A stretch of 63,600 bases of DNA, filler included, from Saprolegnia diclina VS20 (lineage: Eukaryota): assembly GCF_000281045.1 (NCBI RefSeq). It is 6 parts of 3 records of this genome, joined end to end, with 100 filler letters (N's around TTAATTAATTAA, not from the genome) between each part and the next. Parts side by side here need not be neighbours in the genome. Positions count along the whole stretch, not along the records: positions 25,121 to 45,119 come from NW_008246073.1; positions 45,220 to 59,164 come from NW_008246073.1; 4 more parts are not named here. One strand, 5' to 3'. The notes under the pieces are model-generated. The model did not search any database. It had not been told where the DNA came from and saw only the letters and a program-made list of their open reading frames with translations. The position numbers and the translations under genes are program-made. Numbering within the stretch: position 1 is the first letter of the stretch; each line of letters opens with the position of its first letter. Positions 35,601 to 47,805 of the stretch are shown here, one piece after another.

Positions 35601-38587
35601 GACGTCTTTATCAAGGTCACGAGCCGCGCGACGGTGCCGTCTGCGCCGGCCACCGCGTCGGTCGCCGTGCCGATCGCACCGCCCGTGCTCGTGGCCCACC
35701 GCACGTTTTTCGGGCAGACGTCGGCGCTGCTCGCCAAGCGGTTCCACGTCGCCAAGCGGGACAAGCGCGCGTTCTTCAACACGACGCTGCTGCCCGTGCT
35801 CCTCATTGCGATCGGGTTTGGCGTCATGAAGTACATGTACGAGCGCGACTACGTGCCACTCGAGCCGCGTATCGTCATGGATGCGTCCCAGTACCCCGAC
35901 AACGCGGCGAGTCCGACGCCGTTTGCGTGCCTCACCACGTCGCCAGCGTGCGCCGCCTTGTTCTCGAGCTCCAAGTTTACAGGCTCGACGCCCGAAGAGG
36001 TGCCGTACATGGGGACGACTGCGTATACGACGCCGACCGTCAATGTCTTTGGCTACATATACGGCGCCCCGACTGCGCCGCCCGAGTGCACGTACAACAC
36101 CATTTACCGTGGTGGCGACCGGCCGCCGTGTCTCTCAGCGCCGGCGAATCTCTCGAGCACGCAAGGGTTTGAGCTCCGGTTTGGCGAGACGGTGTACAAC
36201 CGCAGCATCAGCTCGGTGCGCACGCAAATGGGCGGGTACCTCGTGCACGTGGCACCCGAGGACAATGTGTATAGCTACGTGCTCTTTGCGAACGCGTCGT
36301 CGTCGCACGCGGCGCCAGTCTACAAGCGCCTACTGCACCAAGCGCTTTACCGGACGTTCTCGCAGTCGTCGTCGCTGCAGCTCGTGGTTGCATCGCACCC
36401 GCTGCCGACAACGTTCAACGACAAGGCCGCGCGGGTCGCGAGGCGCCAGAACTTTGGCGACACGATGGGGTACCTTGGCCTTGTGTGCTTTATCTTTGCG
36501 CTCTCGTTCTTCCCCGCCGGTATCATGACGTTCCTCGTGAAAGAGAAGCAGCTCACGGCCAAGCAGCAGCAACTCGCATCGGGCGTCTACCTCTCGGCGT
36601 TTTGGGTCGCCAACTTCATCTGGGACGTTGTGAGCTTCTTGCCGGTCGTTGGCATTCTCCTCGCGCTCATCCTCGGGTTTCACATTCGCCCGTACACGTC
36701 CGAAGCCGAGCACGTGTCGCATGCGTTTGGCGCTGTCTCGGTGCTCTTCCTTCTCTCGGGCGTGGCCTTGATCTTGCTCACGTACGTCGGGTCGTTCTTT
36801 CTCAAGGAGCCTACGTCGGCGCAGTCGATCACGGTCATTGTCAACTGGTGCGTCGGCTTTGGCTTCCTCGTCATCGAAGTGCTCATCAAGTCGATCTCGT
36901 ACGAGAAATCTGGTGCCGCTGTGTGGCGCATCTCGCCGCTCTACGCCCTTGGCGACGGGCTCATGAACATGACGGAAACCCGTCCGCGCTGGAGTCCCAA
37001 CGGCTCCGAGTCGAGCGCCAAGGTCGACGCGCTCTCACCTGCTGGTGTCCTCATCGACGTCTACTACTTGATCGTCATGGTGTTTGTGTTTGCACTGCTC
37101 GTCGCGATCTTCGAGTACCGTGTCACGTTTCGCATTCCCAAGCCCAAGAAGGCCGACGCGCCGGGCGACCGGTCGGGTGCACCGCTCGACGTCGACGTCG
37201 CCGCCGAAGCTACGCGCGTCGCAGCCTTGGCACCGACCGACGCAGCCGTCACGATGACAGGTCTCCGCAAGGTCTTCAACCAAGGGCTCCTCGGCCGCCC
37301 GATCACCGCCGTCGACAACTTGTCGATCGCGCTTCCCGCCGGCGAGTGCTTTGGCTTTCTCGGGGTGCGTCACGACCTCCATCGCGTTGATAGGCAACTG
37401 ACACGAGTGGTCTAGGTCAACGGCGCGGGCAAGTCGACAACGCTCAAGATGCTCTTGGGCGAAGTGCTCCCGACCGACGGCGCCGCGCATCTCGGTGGAC
37501 TGCACGTGATCAAGGACCAGAACAAGGCGCGGCAGCTCGTCGGGTACGTCCACCAGCTTGTCGCAGCTCATCGATCGCTCACATGGCGCTGCTTAGGTAC
37601 TGCCCTCAGTTTGATGCGCTCTTCGACTTGCTCTCGGTACGCGAACACTTGGTGCTCTACGCGTCGCTCCGCGGGCTCCAAGGCGCTGTCGGGCAGACTG
37701 CGGTGACGGCGTTGATTGAGAAGCTGCACCTCGGCGCGTTCGAACACGTGCTCGCGAGCAACCTCAGCGGCGGCAACAAGCGCAAGCTCTCGGTCGCGAT
37801 TGCGATGATCGGGTCGCCGCCCATCATCGTCCTCGACGAGCCGTCGACCGGCATGGACCCGGTCTCGCGCCGCTTCATGTGGGAGCTCATCTCGGACATT
37901 TCGACAAATCAGCGCGAGTCGACCGTCCTCCTCACGACCCACTCGATGGAGGAGTGCGAAGCGCTCTGTTCGCGCGTCGGGATCATGGCCGCCGGCGTCC
38001 TTCGCTGCCTCGGGAGCATCCAGTACCTCAAGTCGCGCTTTGGCCACGGCCTCGTGCTCGACGTCAAGCAGGCGCTGCCGTCCGACGCCGACGTCGCCGA
38101 CTTCATGGCGACGCACGCCGTGCCACTGACGCTGACGATGAAGGCGATGACCGAATGGTGCACGCAACTCGGGCGACCGGACCGCGCCGACGCGCTCTCG
38201 CCAGCGCACCCGACGGGCTTTTTCCTCGAGCAGCTGGCGACGACCGATGGCCACGTCGATGCGTCGTCGTTCTGCACGTGGTGGCTCTGCGAAGACCATT
38301 TTGACGCGCTCGTGCGCCATGTGGCGACGACAACGGCGAGCGACCCCGATGTCGTCGTCCGCGAAGGCACGTTTGCGCGGCTCAAGCTGCCGACGTCGCT
38401 CGGTGTCGCGTTTGGGCTGGTCGAAGACGCCAAGGACGCACTGCGAATCGTCGAGTACTCGGTGTCGCAGACGTCGCTCGAAGCGATTTTCAACTCGCTT
38501 GCGAGTCTCCAGCCGACGACGACGACGACGACGGCGGCGCGCAACGGCCCGTCGTACGCACTCGTGCAGACCCCAAAGGCGTCGTAG
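32674..38587 (+). CDS. Full-size ABC transporter, subfamily A (3 short introns)
   Basis: LLRKNLWLKKRHP start, LEKETRTREFM, NBD1 GHNGAGKTT/LSGGMKRKLS/FLDEPTSGMD, NBD2 GVNGAGKST/LSGGNKRKLS/LDEPSTGMD, QTSLEAIF; introns 35163-35209, about 37365-37415 and about 37544-37596. Confidence 0.95.
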
Positions 38588-38855
38588 GTGCTGCTACGAT
38601 GGTGCATAACACGGTGTCATACACGTTATATCTCTGTGACATGAGCACAACATGGACGTGTTGTCTCTGGACCGAGATAGGGCAAAGCATGGGCTGGAAG
38701 CGAGGGTGCAAGTGGTGGTGGGCGATCACTGGTGTGACGCAGCGCTGTCATCCGAGCTTGTGGTGGAGTCATCGTGCTCATCGCATCGATGGGACAGGAA
38801 CGAGGTAGAGAAGGAGGTATTCACGGGCGTGTTACGACGGGTGTCTCGCAGAGAC

Positions 38856-39955
<1,100 letters not shown>

Positions 39956-40985
39956 GCTCGGTCGAAATCAATGGGTCGAAATCGGCTTTTGAGACCCGCG
40001 CAAGTTCGGATTGCACCGGCGCACTTAAGGAGTTTCAAAATGATCTTGGTTTTTGTATGCAAGACTTGGAGTGCCAGTCAAGAAGGCGAACGGGAAGGGA
40101 CTGTGCTCTCGGTCCCTCCGATCGCGATGGCTACGAGCGAGTGACGCACAGAACTGCAAGACGAAACGCCAAGAAGACCAATTCTGTACATTTTTTAGGA
40201 TGATATCAATGACACTTTGAGATAAACCCGAAACTAAACTAAACACACTATTCCAGTCGTCCCATTCGACCAGCTGGCATACAGTGGGCCGAGCTAGTGG
40301 ACCGATAATCGGGTCACTTTGCTAACCCTAACCCAGAAACGCGCGACAACTAGCTTGCGGCCAGAGCCTGAGCGACCGTCAGTTGCGCATTCCAGCACCC
40401 GACGCATTTAGCGAGACGCCGACCACCTACACCAATGGGATTCAGCGCCTTGTGTCGTCGGTACCAATGATGCCTGGTCTTGTGGCCTGGTGGTCGCGTG
40501 GTCGTGGTGCCACGTGTGGCAAAGCGGACACTGGCGACTATATATTTGTTCTCTTGTACTAGTACCTAGTACGAGCACTAATAACTAAAGTCGATACCAA
40601 CGGGTAGGTTGAGAGGACTTTGTCGAACCGAGAGCACAGCGTTTGCACTTGTCGACTGATACATTGATAGAAATGGCCACTACACACCGGCATTGTATTC
40701 AAGTTCAATTTGCAACGCATCAGAACCAGTGCGTGCACGACGAGTGTCGATCCCACGACCGATCGTAACATCAAACGTGCATCTCCGCTCGACCTGTTGT
40801 CCTTGGGCAACAGCACGTCATGTTGTACGATGGTCCACCCCTTGAGCCCCTATCCGAGGTAGCGTCGGGCTTGGCAAGGTCGTTGACAGCCTTGTCTCGA
40901 GATGAGACGTCATTGACCTCTCCCTGGCGGCTCGTACGACGTTGGCATAAGACTTGCATTTAGTAACTTGAGAGATATATAATCA

Positions 40986-41498
40986 TTATTGGGCGTGCAA
41001 CCACGGGAACGGGTCGACCGCCTCTGCGAGCGTGAGCACCGCATCGAGAATGGATTCATCGAGGAGCTCTTGTTTGATTTCGCTCAGCCCAGCCTCGAGC
41101 TTGATGTTGGGAAAGGCGTACGGCACGGCCGGGCGGTGGCGCCAGCAAAAGCCGCCGCTCCGGGCGTTTGTGGTGCAGTCGCCAAAGGCGCAGGGCCGGC
41201 CACCGCCGTGGCGGATGCACTTGCCGTTGCGGTGCGCGACGCTGACGCAGTTGTCGACCGAGCAGCGAGGCTTTTCGCGGGCGGCGCCGTGACGCGAGCA
41301 GACGCCGTGGAGGCGCGCGTTGGCGACGCAGCCGTGGACCGAGCAGCGCCGCTTGCCGCCGTGGCGCACGCAGCGCTGGCGCGCAAACACTTGGTTGTGG
41401 CAGCCCGACTCGATGCACGGGCGGCGGCTCTTGTGGAAGACACACTGAGCCGCACCAGGAACGATCGGGTTCTCGCAGCCGTTGAAGAAGCAGCTCAT
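40986..41498 (-). CDS. Family A copy 6: WRKY19-like zinc-finger repeat protein
   Basis: MSCFFNGC...CHNQVFARQRCVRHGG...CWRHR; tail LDESILDAVL. Confidence 0.9.
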   Translation of the reverse strand: MSCFFNGCENPIVPGAAQCVFHKSRRPCIESGCHNQVFARQRCVRHGGKRRCSVHGCVANARLHGVCSRHGAAREKPRCSVDNCVSVAHRNGKCIRHGGGRPCAFGDCTTNARSGGFCWRHRPAVPYAFPNIKLEAGLSEIKQELLDESILDAVLTLAEAVDPFPWLHAQ

Positions 41499-42717
41499 CG
41501 TTGTTGAAAGGCGGAGGCAAAACAAAAAATGATGTAGTTTGCATCACTTTGCACTAGTATTCGAACTCGAGCACATAGTATCTCACATGCGCCAAAGTGC
41601 CATTCGCACGAGATAGTGGTATCACACATGGTACGAATCCGGCTTGCAGACGAGCGAGCACAGCGCACAAGGAACCAAGGACAAGGAGCTTCAAACCGTA
41701 GATCGCTCGTGTAGAAGACCGAAGAGCGACGGCGCGCTCAAGCCAACGACGATACTACGTGCTTGCAGAGTTTGCGTGGTGGTGGTGGATTCTTCCAAGG
41801 GATTTAAAATGCACCGATAGGGAACGCGAGCGCTTCTGGCCTCATCCACTGGCTCGTCTTACGTGGGGCGCCCGCCGCCGTCTCCGATCACAAGTAATCG
41901 TCGCCTGTGATTGGCGCAACACTATGGCGTGCTGAGATCTGGGTGTAGCGCCTGGATTCAGATATTACGACATTTCCTTTTCGTCTACTGGAGCATTCGA
42001 AGCAACCGCCTTCGTTACATTCCGTCGAGGGGACATGGAGTCGAAAGGACAAACTGCGCTGGTGTACCATTAAACCAAATACACGGTAGCGCATGGGCTG
42101 TGGACCAGTACGACGCGTTTGACGACGACTGTACGTTTACAGCAGCAAGCACGGCGACTGTCCGATGATTATTGGTTGTAATACAGCGCAGGACTCGAAA
42201 CGGAGCTGAAAATACTGCGTGCGTTCACCTGGGATGCGATGGGGCAACGCGCTGGGATGCTTCGGGTCTATGTCGCGGGCGTGAAGAGGGATATCACGCC
42301 CAAAGACAAGGCAGAGGAGCACAACCCAACCTTCCTTACTGCCGCTGGATACAACACCCATTCCTGTTTCAACGAGCCAGGACACCTGCACCGATGTGCA
42401 AAAGCTGTCACTTCGTACGCCTTGAAAAGAGACAAAGAAGCGTGTCGAGCTCGAGATCTTGACTCCACGTCGCTTCACAAACGACTGCAAACCGACAAAT
42501 GTACACTTGCTGTGATGTCCAGCGAGACCAAAAAGCGCGTCTCACGCCCTGCCAAGCAGGACCTCTTCGTCGCTGAAGCGGTGATATAGTCCGACACTAC
42601 ACTATACAATGCGTACGCATCACCCCCAAGGACGGTGGAGCTTTTGATGCTATTAGACAGTTGCCCTTCCAGTGTATACATGTATGACGCCACCCTCCAA
42701 GAGCAAAGCCTTGTCGC

Positions 42718-43378
42718 TCACGACAAGCCCAAGTGCGTCATGCGGATCGTCACACGGCGCTTTCCGAGCTCATCGACGCTCGACGCGCTGGCCGCGGTCG
42801 CACTGGCAGGTCGCTGGCCCTACCGTCAGCCCCATCGGTCACACAGCCAGCAATAACAATCGTCGACTACTAGTACCTGCGACCGCGGCCGCCGCCCAAT
42901 CTTGGCAAACAGCACCGGAACGTCCGGCATGCGCACGATTGGCACGGGCTGTCCCGATAGGACGCTCGACGTAAAGTCAACTGGGTTGGTTGTCCGGAGC
43001 GAGCTCGTGGGCGCTGCCGACTTTGGCCGCGCGGGCGCCTTGGGATGCGACGCGTCCACCGTTGGCGCCAGCACCATGCGCCGGTACGTCGCGATAATGT
43101 CGTGGATCGATTCTTGGTTGGGAATGATGCGAGGCGGCCGCGTAGCAGGGACCGGCGCTGGGTCATGCGTGACGAATCGACCGCTGGTGTCTACGTACAT
43201 GTCATTGCATGAGTTTTGATCGAGAGGTTCTTGCACCGAGGGGTAAATTGGGTGGCGGTGCGCGGCGGTGGTGGCGGTGGCCAGACGGTTTGGCCCGTCG
43301 CTCGGGCGTCGGCGGCCGGAGGTGGGCACTGGTGCTGAAGGGGCGCACGGCGCTTGTCGGGACGCTCTTGGGACGCAT
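42718..43378 (-). CDS. Hypothetical Pro/Arg/Ser-rich protein (3 exons)
   Basis: GT-AG introns 43191-43236 and 42820-42876 join MRPKSVPTS...PNLPL/DTSGRF...RRPRSQ/GQRPASA...HLGLS* in frame; recurring RPxSA-like motifs. Confidence 0.6.
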
Positions 43379-43609
43379 CTCGGCTAATTTTAGCGAGCCG
43401 ACTGGATGGTTCGATCGATCGATACGACGTTTATAACTCCTTCATAGTCGTGCTTGCGAAGCATGGCTTCCACAGTCTTCTTACGAGATGACCCTTGCGG
43501 GTGTGATTGGAGATCACCACACTCTTCTGCATGACACCTGACGACGGCACGGTGTGGATGGACAATATGACAATATGTGAGGTTATAGTACAGTGTTCAT
43601 GTTGATCGC

Positions 43610-44125
43610 TTACACTTGCAACAGCCATGCAAACGGCTCGACAGCGTCCATCGTCGCCAGCACAGCGTCCAGAATCGAGGCGTCGAGGAGCTCTTCCTTG
43701 ACAGCACTTAGACCCACGTGCAGCGTCTTGTTAGCTGGGAACGCGTATGGCGTGGCGGGGCGGTGGCGCCAGCAATACCCGCCGCTCCGTGCGTGCGTTT
43801 TGCAGTCAGGAAAGTGGCACGGCCGGCCACCGCCGTGGCGGATGCACTTGCCATTGCGGTGCGCGATGCTAGCGCAGTTGTCAGTTGAGCAGTTGGGCTT
43901 GCCGCGGGCGGCGCCGTGACGCGAGCAGACGCCGTGGAGGCGCGCGTTGGCGGTGCACTCGCTCACGGAGCAGCGCCGCTTGCCGCCGTGGCGCACGCAG
44001 CGCGAGCGCGCAAACACTTGGTTGTGGCAGCCGGGCTCGATGCACGGGCGGCGGCTCTTGTGGAAGGCGCACTGCGTCCCGTTGGGCAACCGGGGGTTGG
44101 TGCACGCGTTGAAGAAGCAAGTCAT
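43610..44125 (-). CDS. Family A copy 7: WRKY19-like zinc-finger repeat protein
   Basis: Close paralog of copy 6; tail LDASILDAVL. Confidence 0.9.
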   Translation of the reverse strand: MTCFFNACTNPRLPNGTQCAFHKSRRPCIEPGCHNQVFARSRCVRHGGKRRCSVSECTANARLHGVCSRHGAARGKPNCSTDNCASIAHRNGKCIRHGGGRPCHFPDCKTHARSGGYCWRHRPATPYAFPANKTLHVGLSAVKEELLDASILDAVLATMDAVEPFAWLLQV

Positions 44126-45219
44126 GGCAATTGTGTAAGTGACGGCGAGCCCAACACCGAAACGATAGCGTATCGGTTCAGCACGACAGGCGGTCGAGTC
44201 CAACCATCGAACCAACCATCGAACCTGCTCGGGGCTACAGCCCGAGGGCATTCCCTGGCTAAAATCGAACGAGTACTAAGATGTAGCCAGGGTGGAAGCT
44301 GATTGCGATGGCCATACCACCTCGCTCGGTCGATGGTAGCGAGGGGCAGGCAGCAATAGCTCGTCGCAGCAGAGGTACGCACATTGGCACCTCGCGGCGG
44401 CGATGATATTCGACGCGCGCCACGAGGAGGCCAGCGCCGTATCTGACTCCATGCTGGCGCCTCTTACGTGGCGCACTGCAATGACTTTAACTTGAACTTG
44501 CATCTGCACTCTGATTGGCGCAGTGGTGCAACGTGGCTTGCCATGTTCCGGGTGCATACGCTACACGACAGTCGCACGACGACGCCGCGTGGCGTTATCG
44601 CGACAAGCACCCTTTGGCCGCTGGCATCAGCGCAGTGTCGAGGTGCTGGAGGCGATCCCATCGGAGTACAGTGTACCGTCTCTGCTTACGTCATACACCT
44701 TGCTTCAACGTGGCACTGGAAGATGGCTCATAAGTAGTTTCCAGGATGTGCGCTGCATTTTCCATGCCAGCGACGGCGAGACTGGAGGAGGTGGCAAATC
44801 GGAGATCCTGCATACGATCAGCCAAAACCTCTCAAACACGATCGGTCGGTCGCGTTCAAATCTGCGACTGAGGAAGCGAGCGTGTTTCTGTGCACGCCAA
44901 GCTGGCGCCAGTCTCAGTTTACAATTTGTGGTTTCGCGCCCGTCGAGAGTCGTTTGATTGGCCGCGTCGCGTGAGGCAACAGAGAAGGGCCCGGGATGGG
45001 CAACGTCGACCTCACGTTAGTAAACAGGCGAGCGCGCTGGGAACTCCTTCTCCTGCTGCCCATCGCCCTCGCACAAGGGAAGCAGGGTTGGATTGAGGTC
45101 TCCTTTTGCTCGGGCGTTCNNNNNNNNNNNNNNNNNNNNNNNNNNNNNNNNNNNNNNNNNNNNTTAATTAATTAANNNNNNNNNNNNNNNNNNNNNNNNN
45201 NNNNNNNNNNNNNNNNNNN

Positions 45220-45595
45220 TCCTCGAGCATGATATATTCCTCTTTTGTGATACTACAAGCCGTGGCATCCCAAAATGCCGTATCCAAGATAGACTTCGTC
45301 TCGGTGGTCTCTGGGTGGCTGGTGGCCGATCCTTGCATTTGCACACTGCGGTCCAGAGCTCATAGTGGCCGGGATTCAGCACGAGCTGGACCTTGGTAGG
45401 ATTGCTGCTTGGGGCTCTTGGTACGGAGTGGAGGCGTAGCCCCTTCTTGGCCGCGTACGCTTGCTGGATCGCGTTGGCTTTTTGGCGGTGGAATTCGCAG
45501 AGGAGGTGGAGGCTGCCGTTGCGCTTGGTCGTGCGTGGGTTTGAGCACACCTTGTACGAGTACTGGCAAGCGGGTGCTGCGTCTTGCAAAGCCAT
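45220..45595 (-). CDS. Family B copy 1: CCCH-type finger plus basic helix; probably frameshifted, 3' end at gap
   Basis: CQYSYKVCSNPRTTKRNGSLHLLCEFHRQKANAIQQAYAAKK; the family-type tail ITKEEYIMLE lies in a different frame. Confidence 0.7.
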
Positions 45596-46434
45596 TTTCC
45601 GACTGATCCGTCGACGTCCGAAGCGTGTGGCTCCTCTGCCTGCCGATCACGATGCAGATCTTGGATGGGGAGCCAACCAATCCGATAGCGCGAAAACTGA
45701 TCGAGCGCTGCAGATAGGCTACGCTTGAAATGATCCACCCATTGCACACGCCACAATGCGGGACTTGTGGCCAGTCTCGATGACAAATTGCGCTGGCATC
45801 CACAAAATGCAAAATGCCTTGGCATCACGACGGCAGCCAGGGTCGTTGTACGGTAGAGGCGCCGCAGCACGCTACTTCTAACCGGTGGCGTAGTCCACAC
45901 GCTGCTACTCTTCGACACAGGTGCACGGTACAATTCGCGACGACGTTGTTCCGACCACTCAAGGGCCTGCCACGCACGGAGCGGTGCCGTACTTGCCGTG
46001 AGCGTTGCTGGCAAGAGTCGTCTGTCGCTAGCAATCTCGCCCGTCAACTTCGCTCGCGCAATGACCGCTGTGTTGTATCTGGATGGATGGCTGCGGGTCC
46101 GTGAGGAGCCGACGATGGCACAAGACTGGCCCCAATAAGCTCTCTGCAATATGTCGATTCTTATTTGAAGGGACCAACGATGCTTAAGAGCGTGTAGTTT
46201 TCACGGACGCTGTGAGTTATGAGCGAAACCATGACAGGAGGAAGCCGTGCGCCTCTCTCGGTGCACTTCCGAGCGCATGAGATTTGTGCCACTGATAAGG
46301 TTGCGGACATCAAGCGTGCTTGCGATGCCCAAGTTACTAGTGGCTTGCGTTGCGCTTCTCGCGTAACCGAGACGTCGAAACGAGCATCTCATATTACATT
46401 TACTACACGTCCACAGACAACTAGAATCGGAGCT

Positions 46435-46845
46435 TTACAAAAGCGTGTCCAAAAGATTGGCTTCGTCACGAGCCCAGAGCGTGTCGGTCCACGGCAGCGC
46501 ATGGTCGTCATGCAAGAGGGAGCTCATGTACTCGAAGAGCTCGGCCCCGAGTTCGTCCGCGGCATTTCCGGACGTCGACAACGGCGTCGGGGGTGCCGCC
46601 TTGGCAGTGGGCTGCGCCGGTGCGGCAGCAACGACAACGTTCGCGCTCTTGGCCTGCTTGAGCTGCAGCCGCTCGAGGCGCTTCTTATTGGCGTACGTGC
46701 GTTGGATCGCGTTGGCCTTCTTGCGGTGGTAGTCGCAAAGCAGGTGGAGACTTCCATTGCGCTTGCGCGACCGTGGGTGCGTACATGGCTTGTACGAATA
46801 TTGACACTCGAGAGTCGAAGCGAGCTGTGGACGCTCGGTGGTCAT
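46435..46845 (-). CDS. Family B copy 2
   Basis: CQYSYKPCTHPRSRKRNGSLHLLCDYHRKKANAIQRTYANKKR; tail ELFEYMSSLL...DEANLLDTLL; alternative ATG at 46860. Confidence 0.85.
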   Translation of the reverse strand: MTTERPQLASTLECQYSYKPCTHPRSRKRNGSLHLLCDYHRKKANAIQRTYANKKRLERLQLKQAKSANVVVAAAPAQPTAKAAPPTPLSTSGNAADELGAELFEYMSSLLHDDHALPWTDTLWARDEANLLDTLL

Positions 46846-47466
46846 TTTGAAACTGAGCATCTTTCTCGTGGTGGTACTGCGCCACGCGGAAAAGTGCACG
46901 TCGGAACTCGAGTGCCACTGAATAGCGCGTTCCATCTGGTAGCAAATCCCATGCAATTCGAGAAAAGCCAACCAATGAAAGTCGAGGTGTCGGGAATGCA
47001 AGCGATGTGATTGGCTGCTGGAAGGCGGCGAAAAATCGAAGCCGGGTTAAACCTTTGGACGACAGGGATAAACCAAAAGGTCGCAGACGCCAAAAGATTG
47101 GTGTTGCCGTGGACGCTGATGGGCGCGTGCACGTTTGACAAGTTGTCTCGGATGGCATGTTGCAGTTGGTGCGTAGGTGGACCCATGAGAGGGTCCACGT
47201 CGTAAAAAGATCCGTAGACTCGAACCCGTCGTTGACGAAGCGCTCCTTGGGTGACTCCTTCTACAGCTGTATGCGTCAGTATCACATATTGTCTGTCGTT
47301 GCGCAACCAAAGGGCCCGATCGTCGAGATGCCATCGGTAATTTCGCCACTGTACTCGAAATCTTTGCACTCGACTTTCCACTGTGAAAACGTTTGTGGCA
47401 CCAAAATACAGCACATTGATTATGACTAACGCTATTTCCTAACAACTATTTCGGACACCGCTCTGC

Positions 47467-47805
47467 TCAAAAGAGTTCGTCGAGCATCACAAACTCTTCG
47501 TGGGTCATGACAAGGTCGCCAAAGTCGACGAGCGCGCTGTCGTCGCGAAGCAGCGCATGCAAAAAGTCGAATTCTTCCACGCCAAGCTCCTCACTGAGCG
47601 GCGGCGATGCGACAGGCGACAGCGCGGCCGCCGCCGCGGCTTCCTTGGCCTTGCCTTGCATTTGGCGCTTCTTGGTCGCATACGCGCGCTGGATCGAGTT
47701 GGCTTTGGTTCGGTGGTACTCGCACAGCGTGTGGGGCTCGCCGTTGCGCTTGGTCGTACGCGGGTTCATGCACGGCTTGTACGTGTACTTGCAAGTGAGG
47801 TCCAT
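47467..47805 (-). CDS. Family B copy 3
   Basis: CKYTYKPCMNPRTTKRNGEPHTLCEYHRTKANSIQRAYATKKR; tail EEFVMLDELF; 112 aa. Confidence 0.88.
   Translation of the reverse strand: MDLTCKYTYKPCMNPRTTKRNGEPHTLCEYHRTKANSIQRAYATKKRQMQGKAKEAAAAAALSPVASPPLSEELGVEEFDFLHALLRDDSALVDFGDLVMTHEEFVMLDELF

Noticed and set aside
40322..40334. ctaaccctaaccc telomere-like motif upstream of PP2A
   Set aside because: Only two units; insufficient to call a telomeric tract or telobox.
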